Positions 20,496 to 30,740 are shown, counted from the first letter of the stretch. The stretch: DNA of 64,000 nt from an uncultured Chloroflexia bacterium (GCA_963716695.1 CAVQTT010000005.1:70194-134193), one strand, 5' to 3'. Numbers and translations: made by a program. The notes: generated from the sequence alone by a model not told the origin.

Positions 20496-22604
20496 TTAAG
20501 GATCCAGACGGACCCTGACATCCACAGCGGATGCGCCCTTGCCTTCCTGGTAGACCTGCAGCGGGTTGATCTCGATTTCGCTGATCTGGGGAAAATCATC
20601 CACCAGCTGGGCCAGGCGGATCATTACATCCCGGACTGCGTCCTTATCTCCCGGCAGGATATTCCTGTAACCGTCCAGCTTCTCTCCTGCCCAGGTCCTG
20701 GAAAACATGGTATCGATATCCAGCTCTGTCAGCGGCGCCAGCCCAAAAGCCAGATCTTTGAGGCCTTCAACTTCAGTTCCCCCGGAGCCGAACATCATCA
20801 CCGGACCAAATTGGGGGTCCTGTACCGCGCCGATAATTACTTCCTGACCGATCGGTACCATCTCTTGAATATATACCCCGCTGATTTTTGCTCCCGGCCT
20901 GGCACCTTTGGCCTGTTCCAGGATGGATCGGTATCCCTTGCGGATCGATTTTTCATCCTCGAGATTTAACAGTACTCCCCCAACATCCGATTTGTGGCTG
21001 ATATCTGGAGAGGCGATTTTCAGGACGACCGGCCGCCCCAATTCAGCTGCCAGACTAACTGCTTCTTCCTCAGTTTCCGCCAGCCTCATCCAGGCAGTTG
21101 GGATGTTGTAGGCCTGAAGCAGGTGGTTTGTTTCAATTGCTGAAAGATAATTTGTATCCTTGGACTTCCTGATAATGGCCTGGGCCTGATTGAAATCCAC
21201 GTCCTCTCGGTAGACCGGGTCCGCGGCAACGTGCTTCAGCAGATTGACACGCTTGACCAGGGCGGCCAGGGCAGCCGCAGCCCGTTCTGGAAAACGGTAT
21301 TCCGGGATCCTGGCTGCCCTGAGGTGTTCCACTGCTTCCTGGATCAGCCTTTCGCCCATGACAGATACCACAACCGGTTTTTCTGCCTGGTGGATGACCG
21401 GGATCAAAGCCTTGGCAACCGCTCCGGCAGTGTGCATGGGGGGTGTGGGAAAGATCACCATCACGCTATTAGTTCCGGGGTCATTAAGCAGCACCCGCAG
21501 GCAGGCGGCAAACTCCTGGGGGCCAGCTCCAGCCAGCATGTCGACCGGGTTCCGGATGCTGGCAGCCGGGGGCAGGATCTCTGCCAGGGATTTTAGGGTT
21601 TCTTCACTGAAAGCTGCCATCACCAGTCCCCTGGACTCCAGGGAATCAGCCGCTGTGACCCCAGGTCCTCCGGCATTGGTCAGGACCGCAACTTGATTCC
21701 CCTTTGGCAGCGGGCACCAGGCCAGAGCGCGGGCCTGGTCGAACAATTCCTCGCTGGTCTCAGCCCTGACGACACCAGCCCTTCTAAAGGCTGCGTTGTA
21801 GGCACTTTCGGTTCCGGCCAGGGCTCCGGTATGGGAGGCTGCCGCCCTTCTGCCGGATTCAAAACGACCCACCTTTAAGGCGATGATGGGTTTGGTGGGA
21901 GTCACAGCCTGGGCTTCCCGGATGAATCGTTTGCCGTCCTTGATGCCTTCCAGGTAGAGCGCCAGGACATTGGTATGGTCGTCGGCTGCGGTAGGTCTGA
22001 GCAGGTCGGTCTCGGTGACATCAGCCTGGTTGCCCAGACTGATCAAGCGGGAGATGCCATACCCCTGGCCCCGGGCCCAATCAATGGCTGCGGCGCAAAT
22101 AGCTCCGGAATGGGATAAAAAAGCCACATCTCCCGGGGTTGGCCCCGGGGGCGGCAGGAATGTGGTATCGATCGGCAGGTGAGTATCAAGAATGCCGATA
22201 CAGTTGGGTCCGATCAGCCGGATGCCTAACTCCTGGGCTGTTTGGAGCATTTCTTCTTCGAGGGCCAGACCGGCAGGGCCGATTTCTCGAAAACCCCCTG
22301 CCCCGATGATGGCGGCCCGGATCCCTCGCTCCCCAATCTCTTTTAATGTTGGGATCACAAATTGGGCCGGGATCAAGACCGCCGCCAGATCAACCGGGTC
22401 GGGGACGTCCAGGACCGAGTGGTAGATCGGTTTTCCAAGCAGGGATCCACCCTTCAAATTCACAAAGTGGATCGCCCCTTTATATCCGCTGCGGTGGAGG
22501 TTATTGGCCAGGCCGTACCCAAGCTTGGTAGGATCCTGGGATGCTCCAATCACCACCACCCCCGCAGGATCAAAGAACGGGATCAGGGAGGTAGAATCTG
22601 TCAT
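20496..22604 (-). CDS. acetate--CoA ligase (ADP-forming), fused alpha-beta
   Basis: 702 aa. N-terminal CoA-binding VVVIGAS..PTKLG, phospho-His loops FLSHSGA and AASHTGALAG, C-terminal ATP-grasp. Confidence 0.85.
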   Translation of the reverse strand: MTDSTSLIPFFDPAGVVVIGASQDPTKLGYGLANNLHRSGYKGAIHFVNLKGGSLLGKPIYHSVLDVPDPVDLAAVLIPAQFVIPTLKEIGERGIRAAIIGAGGFREIGPAGLALEEEMLQTAQELGIRLIGPNCIGILDTHLPIDTTFLPPPGPTPGDVAFLSHSGAICAAAIDWARGQGYGISRLISLGNQADVTETDLLRPTAADDHTNVLALYLEGIKDGKRFIREAQAVTPTKPIIALKVGRFESGRRAAASHTGALAGTESAYNAAFRRAGVVRAETSEELFDQARALAWCPLPKGNQVAVLTNAGGPGVTAADSLESRGLVMAAFSEETLKSLAEILPPAASIRNPVDMLAGAGPQEFAACLRVLLNDPGTNSVMVIFPTPPMHTAGAVAKALIPVIHQAEKPVVVSVMGERLIQEAVEHLRAARIPEYRFPERAAAALAALVKRVNLLKHVAADPVYREDVDFNQAQAIIRKSKDTNYLSAIETNHLLQAYNIPTAWMRLAETEEEAVSLAAELGRPVVLKIASPDISHKSDVGGVLLNLEDEKSIRKGYRSILEQAKGARPGAKISGVYIQEMVPIGQEVIIGAVQDPQFGPVMMFGSGGTEVEGLKDLAFGLAPLTELDIDTMFSRTWAGEKLDGYRNILPGDKDAVRDVMIRLAQLVDDFPQISEIEINPLQVYQEGKGASAVDVRVRLDP

Positions 22605-22670
22605 ACTTCAGATTGTATCTTAAAGGAGCTTGCACTAAGACTGTTCCAGGATCGAGCGGAGTTAAGGGAA

Positions 22671-25126
22671 TCAGCCGGTAATGGTCCGGCAGAATACATC
22701 CACGATCTCTGGATCAAATTGGGTGCCGCTGAATTTTTGAATTTCTGCGATAGCCTCTTTATGGGAATGGCTCTCGCTGTAAATTCTTTTATCACGGATA
22801 GCGGTATAGGCATCAACCACCGAGAGGATCCTGGCACCCAGGGGGATCTCATCACCCGCCAGGCCGGAGGGATATCCCGTGCCGTCATGTTTTTCATGGT
22901 GGGCTCTGATGAGAGGTGAGACGGCTGACAAGTATTTCACAGGTTCGATAATCTGAGCTCCAATGACCGGATGTTTTTTCATGATTTCCCATTCTTTTTT
23001 GGTCAAGGGACCTTTTTTGTTGAGGATTCCATCTGGGACACCGATCTTTCCGATATCATGCAGGATTGCAGCCCAGTGAAGGGTTTCGATATCTTCTCGG
23101 AGGAAGATCCCAACTTCTCCCCGACTCGGGAGGCCATATCCGCCATGCGCGCGCTGTGGTCGCCTGTGTAGCTGTCCCGGGCATCCATGGCATTTGCAAG
23201 GGAAACCACAGTTTGCAGGAAGCTTTCTTCCAGGCGGTCATGCAGCAAGGCCCGCTGGATTGCGCTGGTGGTATGAGTTGCTATAGCATTTACAAGCCGT
23301 AAACCGGTAGAAGAGAATGGAGCACCTTGAACTATGTGGAATTCTCCAAGAATCAATACACCAATATTTTCCTCAGCACTGCTTAATGGAGTAATACAAA
23401 TTGTTCCAGCATGATTGAGAAATAAAGCTTGTTTTTCTTCATCATGCAATTCTAGACTATTTATACTAATCACTTCAGATTGACCGCTTCTTAGCACCCA
23501 ATTGTAAAAATGTTCAGCAACTAATGGTTCAATTTGACCTAATCGCAAAGCAGTTTCAAGATTCTTTTCCGGATATATTGCCCGGCAAATATAATTCCCA
23601 TACGCATCACGGAGCAGAATCCTTGCATAAGTTGCTTGAATACTATCCACGGTTTGATGGGTAACTACTCGCAACAAAGAATCCAGATCATCTGTAGAAA
23701 CTAGCTGATGTGAGAGGTTGTAGAGAGTATCAATCTCTTTCCTCCTATTCTGCTCTGAGGTAAATAGCCGGGCGTTTTCAACTGCGACAGCTGTTTGATT
23801 TGCCAGAGTTGAGAGGGTCATTATGTCTTCATTTGTGTATGGTTGTTCTGATCGTCTTGCTCCAATCCCAAATATTCCAACCAGCTGTGATTGGACTTTG
23901 ATAGGGATATATAACTCAAATTCTAATTCATCGAGCTCAATTCTCTCACTTTTCCACATCGATTGAAACTGTGGGAGAACCTCGATATCTTGATTGGTTA
24001 TGGGTGCGGTTTTGGAGGTTAATCGAAGAACAAGTGGATGCCCTTCCCGGAAGGATACTTGTGGAATGTCATCTAAACCGACCTGGGCAGCCAACGGAAA
24101 TTTTTTACTGTTTTCCTCCTTTAGGAAAAAAGCGGCTCTTCTAATGTGTAGGGTTGATGTCACTTCGTCCAATATTGTATTTGTGATCTGGAAGAGATCA
24201 AGCATCATGGCTACGCGACTGCTTAAGTTCTCAAGCATATACCATGCATCATATTTTTCCCGGAAGAATATGCGATCAATGAATTTTTGTGCTCTGTTTC
24301 TTAGAGGTTCTACAATTACCGCAGTGACAATAGCCACAGCAAGAGACAAGATGAATATTTCAATCCCCGAGTAAACATTAAAGATGTTCAACGCAAGAGT
24401 GATTAAGAGGAAATAGGCAGTACCGATAATTATCGTTGGGAAGGAATAAACCAGGCCTTGTCTTATGACAACACGGATATCGAGCAATTGATAACGCAAT
24501 ATTGAATATACAATCAAAACTGCAGTGATACTATTGGCAGCTATGTCAATCGGATACTTTCCAAGAGGAGTGAAATTAATGCTTGAACCGAATATCATTA
24601 TTCCGATACCAATAATAAGATAAAGGAGTCGGTTCTTGTGAATTGGATCAAGTGTCTTATTGTAGTGGCTGATTAAGAAAATTAGGCTTACGATAATCAA
24701 CACGTAGCCAGGACCAGCAAGCAAGATCATGTATGTGGTTAACTCATATAAGACCTCACTTCTGACTACTGATACAGTTTCAATTGCCAGATCTGTAAAC
24801 AAAATCATTCCAATCATAAACAAACCGAAGATTGGAACGAGTTTATCCCACCGGACTCTAATATCTGTGAAAATCCGAGAATACCTATAAACGCTAACCA
24901 TTGTGCCGATGCCACCACAGGTCATCATTTTGAACCAAAAAGTTGAATTGTCTTGATCAATGTACAGAATGAACGCAGAAGCAGACCAAACAGTCATGGC
25001 TAGCAGGAACCAGCGAAATGCGCGTTTCAACTCTGATTGGGGTCTGGAGGTACTTACAAAGATATACAACCCACTGTAAAGGAATACAGATATGGCAGAT
25101 ATCGATAGGTTTATAATTTGGATCAT
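22671..25126 (-). pseudogene. 7TM-GAF-GAF-HD-GYP receptor (putative c-di-GMP phosphodiesterase), frameshift inside the HD-GYP domain near 23093-23100
   Basis: Track ORFs 23003..25126 and 22671..23006. The first has about 7 TM helices, two GAF-like regions and ...DSYTGDHSARMADMASRVGEKLG. Hand translation of the second frame upstream of its Met gives EDIETLHWAAILHDIGKIGVPDGILNKKGPLTKKEWEIMKKHP...HHEKHDGTGYPSGL, so the HD...HDIGK...GYP motifs are split by a 1-nt shift. Confidence 0.8.
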
Positions 25127-25127
25127 A

Positions 25128-26735
25128 CTAACCCTTGATCTTCTTTCCTCCCAATAATCGTTTCATTTGTTCTTCAGTCGGTTTCATGTGAGGCGGTTTG
25201 GTGTGGGCTAGATCAGCACCGTGACTCTGCTGATATTCCATGTAAATCCCAAATGCTCCTGGATTCAGCATAGAAATTTTCAGGGCTGTGTAACCGAGCA
25301 TGTCTACCAGGTCATCATAGTCTGAATTTAACTCGCGCAAGTTATTACTTAGGTTGAGTTCTACTTCCGCTAAATCTAATTGGGTTGCATTCTTCAACTC
25401 AATAAATAAATGTAAATATGATTTTTCACCAACAACTTCTTTCCGAGCGATCCATTCATAGTAATCTAGGTCAGATTTTTCTAGGGCGCCCCAGATATCC
25501 TTTTCTGTAATTAATGCGAACCCCGCAATATTGATGATGTCGTTCTCCCTGGAATAAAATAGTACTTGTGGAAGATCAATATTCAATTCATCATCTCTTT
25601 TGGAAATGACTTCAAAAAGATCTCCAATTCTATAGCGCGTAAAGATTCCTCCGTGGAAATTTGTAAATACGAGTTCGTACACACCCGGTTTTAGTTCACT
25701 GTATAGAACCGTTTTTGGTGAGTAACTCGGATCTTTCTTGTTCTTTTTATGCTCATCGTGGGGTATGAATTCCAGAAAATCGTTTTCGGGAAAGAAAGTC
25801 ATTCCTTTATAATTCCATGCTTGCATACACAAAGAGCCACCTTCTGTGCAGGCATATCCTTCCAGAGGTTTTCTGCCCCAGTAGTATTCAATTTGTTTTT
25901 TATAAATTGATGCGTCTACTCCACCTGTCATTATCCCTTTCAATTTCCAGATATTTTTCGGGAGAAGTTTTCCGCCTTTGATCTTTGTGGTTATGACACT
26001 TTTTAATAAACGCCAGATCACAGCAGGACGGAGCATTTCACGTGTAAGTTTTGTCGAGCCTGATCCTTTCTCAAACTGTTCACCAATGCCAACTAATATA
26101 CTAGCAAGGCCATAGAAAAAATCCATCCCTTCTACCATAGCTAGATTAAAACCTTTTTTTATTCGGTCACGGAAACCCATATCTTCACCAATATCTAGAG
26201 GTGGAAGAAACTTCAAGTCCATCTGGTTATTGGCAGATCTGGTGATTTCTCCTGAGATATAGGGTGCAGGAGCAGTAGCTAAGAGAACAGTATCAAATGG
26301 CTCTAGATTAACTTCTCCCTTTTTTGAACAAGAAGCCAATATCATCGAACCTGTGACAGAATCACCGAGCCGATCATACATCTCTTTTGTATAGGGAGCC
26401 CATTTATATCTAAATGTCCCGCTTCTTCCCGAAGTGTGAGCCCAGGTATATGGTTCTCGGGGTAGGACATCAATCTTCTTCTGATCCAGAAGTTCGTGGT
26501 AATCTTCATAGGTTGTAAGCGGAACAACCTCGCGAAATTCCTCGATGCTGGTGGGAATTACATCTCCCAAGATCATTCGTCCCATCATGCTTTTTCCGAG
26601 TACATCGATCTGTTCCAGCAGCAGACGTTCCTGGATTTCCATGAACTCTTCGACGCTTAGGTCAAGAAAACCGCAATACTTCGTCCAAATTTCCTTCTGC
26701 TTACCTTGTTTGATCAGGACGCTTACTGTTGTCAT
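25128..26735 (-). CDS. GH3-family acyl-acid amido synthetase-like adenylating enzyme
   Basis: 535 aa. WAHTSGRSGTFRYK (TSGxS nucleotide loop), EGYACTEGG, TRYRIGDLFEV (YRxGD) match the GH3 motif order. GGAGAAG RBS. Its stop lies 1 nt before the receptor start. Confidence 0.8.
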   Translation of the reverse strand: MTTVSVLIKQGKQKEIWTKYCGFLDLSVEEFMEIQERLLLEQIDVLGKSMMGRMILGDVIPTSIEEFREVVPLTTYEDYHELLDQKKIDVLPREPYTWAHTSGRSGTFRYKWAPYTKEMYDRLGDSVTGSMILASCSKKGEVNLEPFDTVLLATAPAPYISGEITRSANNQMDLKFLPPLDIGEDMGFRDRIKKGFNLAMVEGMDFFYGLASILVGIGEQFEKGSGSTKLTREMLRPAVIWRLLKSVITTKIKGGKLLPKNIWKLKGIMTGGVDASIYKKQIEYYWGRKPLEGYACTEGGSLCMQAWNYKGMTFFPENDFLEFIPHDEHKKNKKDPSYSPKTVLYSELKPGVYELVFTNFHGGIFTRYRIGDLFEVISKRDDELNIDLPQVLFYSRENDIINIAGFALITEKDIWGALEKSDLDYYEWIARKEVVGEKSYLHLFIELKNATQLDLAEVELNLSNNLRELNSDYDDLVDMLGYTALKISMLNPGAFGIYMEYQQSHGADLAHTKPPHMKPTEEQMKRLLGGKKIKG

Positions 26736-26753
26736 TTATCTTCTCCAAAATGT

Positions 26754-27481
26754 TTATGGATTGAATTGATAATGGCTCAGGTATCCAACGTATTTCGATG
26801 GTAGTTTTCTTATTTTGATTTTCTTAAACCCCACCAAATTTAAGACGTCTTCCCACCCCGCAGGCGTTCTGAGATTGCTGACGGCAGTGGCCTCAGCCCA
26901 GGCTCGGCTAGGTTCTCCCTTGATCAGGAAATAAAAAAAGGCAAATCGCCCGGCCGATACTTTTAAAAATAAGCAGCTCCCAGATCGGAGACGTGCCAAC
27001 ATCGACAATCGATAATAAACCGCCGGGCTTGAATACCCGTTTCATCTCCGAGAGCATCAAGGGGATATTCATATGGTGGGATGCCAAACCGGATACAACC
27101 ACGTCAAATGAGCTATCGTAGTAGGGCAGTGCCATGGCGTCGGCACAGGTCAGGTCTATGGCGGATTGTTTTCCCTCTGCAAGAGTTTTTTTTGACCCTG
27201 CCTGAGCATGGATTCAGTAATATCGGCCCGGAAATCTGAATTCCGGGAATCTGTTGTTCGAGGATCTTTCTGGGAATGACCAGGGTTCCGGTAGCGATGT
27301 CGAGGATTTTCTGATTTTCCAGAATGGTTGTTTGATTGACCAATTCCTGGAGGAATGTATCGTAGCTCCAGCCCCAGAACAGGTTGAGTTCGCCATCCAC
27401 CACCTCTTCGTAGTGTGAGGAAAGTTCGGTGAAAGCTTCTTGGATGGCTTTTTTCTCTTTCATCTTGTGGCCAGTAGTCAA
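26754..27481 (-). pseudogene. class I SAM methyltransferase (UbiE/type-11-like) broken by three frameshifts
   Basis: Fragments 27113..27481, 26908..27135 and 26754..27008 plus a short fourth frame. Joined reading: ...ILDIATGTLVIPRKILEQQIPGIQISG/ADITESMLRQGQKK/TLAEGKQSAIDLTCADAMALPYYDSSFDVVVSGLASHHM...KPGGLLSIVDVG.../FYFLIKGEPSRAWAE.... Shifts are at CCC 27227-29, T8 27186-93 and A7 26933-39. Confidence 0.7.
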
Positions 27482-27561
27482 TATTTGCTATCTATGTGAT
27501 AGATTTCACGAGCCGGGTAGTGATTATACACTAGTTTAGCTTATAAACCATTCCTGGATAA

Positions 27562-28329
27562 TTATATATATAATTTGTCCTTATCTACTTCTTCCCGCAA
27601 AATTCTCAGTTCTTCAGCGCCGGGTGCCGGGTTGGGAGTTATATCATCCGCCAGCAAAAGCTCAAATCCGGTGTTATCCAGCACCTCTTCAGCAGTTATG
27701 CCTGGCTGCAGGGAGAGCAGCTGCATACGTTTACTGCTATTATCGTAACCCAAAATTCCCAGAGTGGTTACAACCCGGTAGGGTCCAGTTCCGGGGGGCA
27801 ATCCGGCTTCTTCTCTGGCTCCTGGACCAGAGAGGTACCCCGGGGTGGTTATAAAATCCACTTTTTCCACGAATCGCAGCCTGTCATGTTTCATGATCGC
27901 GATCGTTTTCCAACAGTGGGAACCAACATCGTTGCCTCCCCCGCTGCCGGGCAGACGGACCTTGGGGTGATCATGGTCACCGATCACGGTGGAGTTGAGA
28001 TTCCCAAAGGGATCGATCTGGGCTCCTCCCAGGAAGCCGTAATCGACAAATCCCCGTTGGGCTGTTTCGACGACATCCAGAATGCCGGAGGCGGCTACAG
28101 CCCGGTGAAAAGACCGCCTCTCACCAACCGCCAGCGGCAGTTCCTCGAGGATGGCCCCGGTCCCACCAAATTCAAAGATGCATACCAGATCTGGAGCGTG
28201 CATCTTCTGTGCCAATGCACCCGCCAGCATGGGAAGCCCGGTGCCAATAAATACCGTGGCATGATCCTCCATCAAACGGGAGGCACTGCAGATCATCAGT
28301 TCGTTGGGGTTATAGTCAAGTTTTGTCAT
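27562..28329 (-). CDS. CoA-transferase subunit B (family I, glutaconate/3-oxoacid type)
   Basis: 255 aa. ...LNSTVIGDHDHPKVRLPGSGGGND... (the SENG-equivalent region is GSGGG). 4-nt overlap with subunit A. Confidence 0.8.
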   Translation of the reverse strand: MTKLDYNPNELMICSASRLMEDHATVFIGTGLPMLAGALAQKMHAPDLVCIFEFGGTGAILEELPLAVGERRSFHRAVAASGILDVVETAQRGFVDYGFLGGAQIDPFGNLNSTVIGDHDHPKVRLPGSGGGNDVGSHCWKTIAIMKHDRLRFVEKVDFITTPGYLSGPGAREEAGLPPGTGPYRVVTTLGILGYDNSSKRMQLLSLQPGITAEEVLDNTGFELLLADDITPNPAPGAEELRILREEVDKDKLYI

Positions 28330-29309
28330 ATCTTTACCTCTGGCACCATATTCTTCAAGACCTGGAGCCTTTCCTTGCCGACCAGTTCCAGATAGGCCTG
28401 ATGATCCTTAAGGTCATAGACATATTTTTGGAGGTAGGCTTGGGTTGTTTCGGGAGTTTGGGAGGCTTCTACCCAGGCTTTGATCTGCTCCTCGTCACGC
28501 TCGTATACATAACACATTTCTCCCGGATGGGAGCCGTAGGGAGCCTCGACAACTGCATCAACCAGGTAATAGGGGATGATGGTCCGGTCAGGTTCCTGCC
28601 GGATCTGCTCAGTGGGAATGATTTCCTCTGTGCTGATCAACAGTCTCTTTGAAGCCCGGGCCATTTCGAAGGCAAAACCCGAGATGCCGTCGATCTGGGC
28701 ATTCCCGTATATGTCAGCCCGATGGACATGGATCAAACCCACATCCAGGATCAGGGCTGGCAGCAAGGCGATCGGACCACCGCCAAATGGATCCTCGACG
28801 ACTTTGGCAGCGCTGTATTCCAGGGTATCGGTGCCTAACATCGACCGGGTTGGGATAAAGGGGACCCCCATGGCAGCGGCTTTAAAACGCCAGGCGATGG
28901 CTGCGTTGCTCCATTCCACGCATTCTTCCACGCGTCCGCTTTCCACTTCCCGCCTCAGGCAGTTGGAGATCCCGTAGACCTCCATCCCGATATAGGTGTG
29001 GTCCAGGGCTTTGATCAGGCCTGCTCCAAGCAGGAGGTCCAATTCATAGACACCCTGTCCTGCAACACGCAGGTCTTTTTTCCCCTGGCGTATGACCTCA
29101 TTGACCAATGATTGCGGGCAGCGGACAGTTCCATAGAGTTCAGTCCCGATATAATCGCCATCCCGGATATATTTACTGACAGCTTCTTTTTCTGTCATGC
29201 GTTTGTCGATCAACCCCCGGGGTTTGGTTCGATTATGCTCCCGGAAGGCGTCCAGGTCCGGCTGCTGGAGCATCCTGCCCTTTCCGCTTTTGATCACCTT
29301 CATTCTCAC
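28326..29309 (-). CDS. CoA-transferase subunit A (GctA-like)
   Basis: 327 aa. EAVSKYIRDGDYIG, IHVHRADIYGN, IPYYLVDAVVEAPYGSHPG. Confidence 0.8.
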   Translation of the reverse strand: MRMKVIKSGKGRMLQQPDLDAFREHNRTKPRGLIDKRMTEKEAVSKYIRDGDYIGTELYGTVRCPQSLVNEVIRQGKKDLRVAGQGVYELDLLLGAGLIKALDHTYIGMEVYGISNCLRREVESGRVEECVEWSNAAIAWRFKAAAMGVPFIPTRSMLGTDTLEYSAAKVVEDPFGGGPIALLPALILDVGLIHVHRADIYGNAQIDGISGFAFEMARASKRLLISTEEIIPTEQIRQEPDRTIIPYYLVDAVVEAPYGSHPGEMCYVYERDEEQIKAWVEASQTPETTQAYLQKYVYDLKDHQAYLELVGKERLQVLKNMVPEVKI

Positions 29310-29456
29310 CTCCTGAAATCGGGACCTATGCTTGGGAAACGCAATCCGCTAGTTGGCTGGCCTCCCGGCAGTAGTCCGACCCGGATTTGACCAAATGCAG
29401 CGTCACCTGGATCCAATGAGGACCGCTGATCAACTATCCTGGAAAATACCCAGGGC

Positions 29457-30716
29457 TTATTTATGCAAGTTAGCCGCCGCCAGGAAGGAGAGCCTGTTTT
29501 CGGTCAGGGCCCGGGCGGTTTGATTCAAGGCCAGGAATTTATCCTGGAAGTTTTCGGCCAGGTTCCCCCAATCCCCACTCTGGATGACTTCTTCTTTGTC
29601 GCGGAAATAATCCAGGATATCTGAGGAATGGCCTCTGGCGCCATCGATCTCAGGATCGCCGCCCTCATGTTTGGCAGAGATATTGGCAACATGGTCAGCG
29701 ATCTCCAACAGCTCAGCGCGGCGGTTATAGGGTTGGCGCACTATACTGCGGAAGGTCTCAGTGATGTGATGTTCAAAACGCACGATATCTTCGAACCCCA
29801 GTCCCTTCCGGAATTGGGCGGTGAGCTCCATGGTTCGGTTATCAACCGAGTTGCTCCAATTAAAACCGATCAGCGGGGAAGTTCCGTCATCCCGGGAGAA
29901 TAATTTGGCGCCCAGCAGGGTCCAGAGCGCTGCGTAGGGATTATCGTTGCCCATAAATACAGAGATCTTAAACTCGTTGTTCACTCCCAGGCGGTGAAGC
30001 ATATATCCAAGTAATACTGTTCCTGGATTGAGGTTTAATACCTGGCGGACCCCGAAGTTGGTGTAGTAATAGAGGAACTCATCCAGCCATTTTAGGGCAT
30101 GGCCGTTGGGCTGTCCTACTCCTCCGAAATATCCGGTGATGGTATCCGGTCCTCCCAGATGAACGTTGGACCCGTCTGTGCCTTTGGTATCCAGGGTTTC
30201 GACATAACTGGCGCCAATGATCTGCATCGCGGCCGCAAATGCGGGCAGGTCCCCATCCTTTTCCTGTTCAGCCATTTTCCGGACCCGGATGAACCTTCCG
30301 GGCATTAACATGCCTTCCTGGATGGACCTTTCCGCGATCATTTTTATCCAGGGGAAATATTGGCAGGCACTGATCTCAAGGGTGACTGCAAAATCGGTGT
30401 TGAACTGGCTGCTGGCCGCTTGATCTCCAAGGATACTCTTCCTGTAATCATCAACCGAGATAAAGGCACCCTGGCCGGTCTGTTCCTGGAGCCATTCCAG
30501 ATCGGCGAGATGTTCTGGAGCGGTTGACTTCACCCGGGCCAGCAGATTCTCCAGTTTGCCAGACTCAGCGGCTTTGGCATTGATCTCCTCTGGCGTGCCA
30601 TATTTCTCGACCACTTTGAGGAATTCAGTCACAACCTCGGTGCCTGGATTGAGAAGAATATCGTTGATATCGTCCAGCCTGGTGGGGGAAATTTTCAGTC
30701 GGGATTGTAGGGACAT
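29457..30716 (-). CDS. conserved hypothetical protein, 419 aa, no family recognised
   Basis: The track ORF extends to 30818, but ATG 30716 (MSLQSRLKISPTRL) follows a GGAGA RBS, and the extension runs through the repeat flank of the neighbouring cassette. Soluble, enzyme-like composition (HLGGPDTITGYFGGVGQPNGH, KISVFMGNDNPYAALW). Confidence 0.6.
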   Translation of the reverse strand: MSLQSRLKISPTRLDDINDILLNPGTEVVTEFLKVVEKYGTPEEINAKAAESGKLENLLARVKSTAPEHLADLEWLQEQTGQGAFISVDDYRKSILGDQAASSQFNTDFAVTLEISACQYFPWIKMIAERSIQEGMLMPGRFIRVRKMAEQEKDGDLPAFAAAMQIIGASYVETLDTKGTDGSNVHLGGPDTITGYFGGVGQPNGHALKWLDEFLYYYTNFGVRQVLNLNPGTVLLGYMLHRLGVNNEFKISVFMGNDNPYAALWTLLGAKLFSRDDGTSPLIGFNWSNSVDNRTMELTAQFRKGLGFEDIVRFEHHITETFRSIVRQPYNRRAELLEIADHVANISAKHEGGDPEIDGARGHSSDILDYFRDKEEVIQSGDWGNLAENFQDKFLALNQTARALTENRLSFLAAANLHK

Positions 30717-30740
30717 TTTTTCTCCAGTTTTTAGATAGAC

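Noticed and set aside
27186-27193. Programmed ribosomal frameshifting or transcriptional slippage at the A8/T8 run, and at the other lesions.
   Set aside because: There is no slippery heptamer plus downstream structure pattern common to the sites. The affected genes are ordinary enzymes with no known recoding. Transcriptional slippage on the 8-nt run cannot be excluded but is not needed to explain the data.
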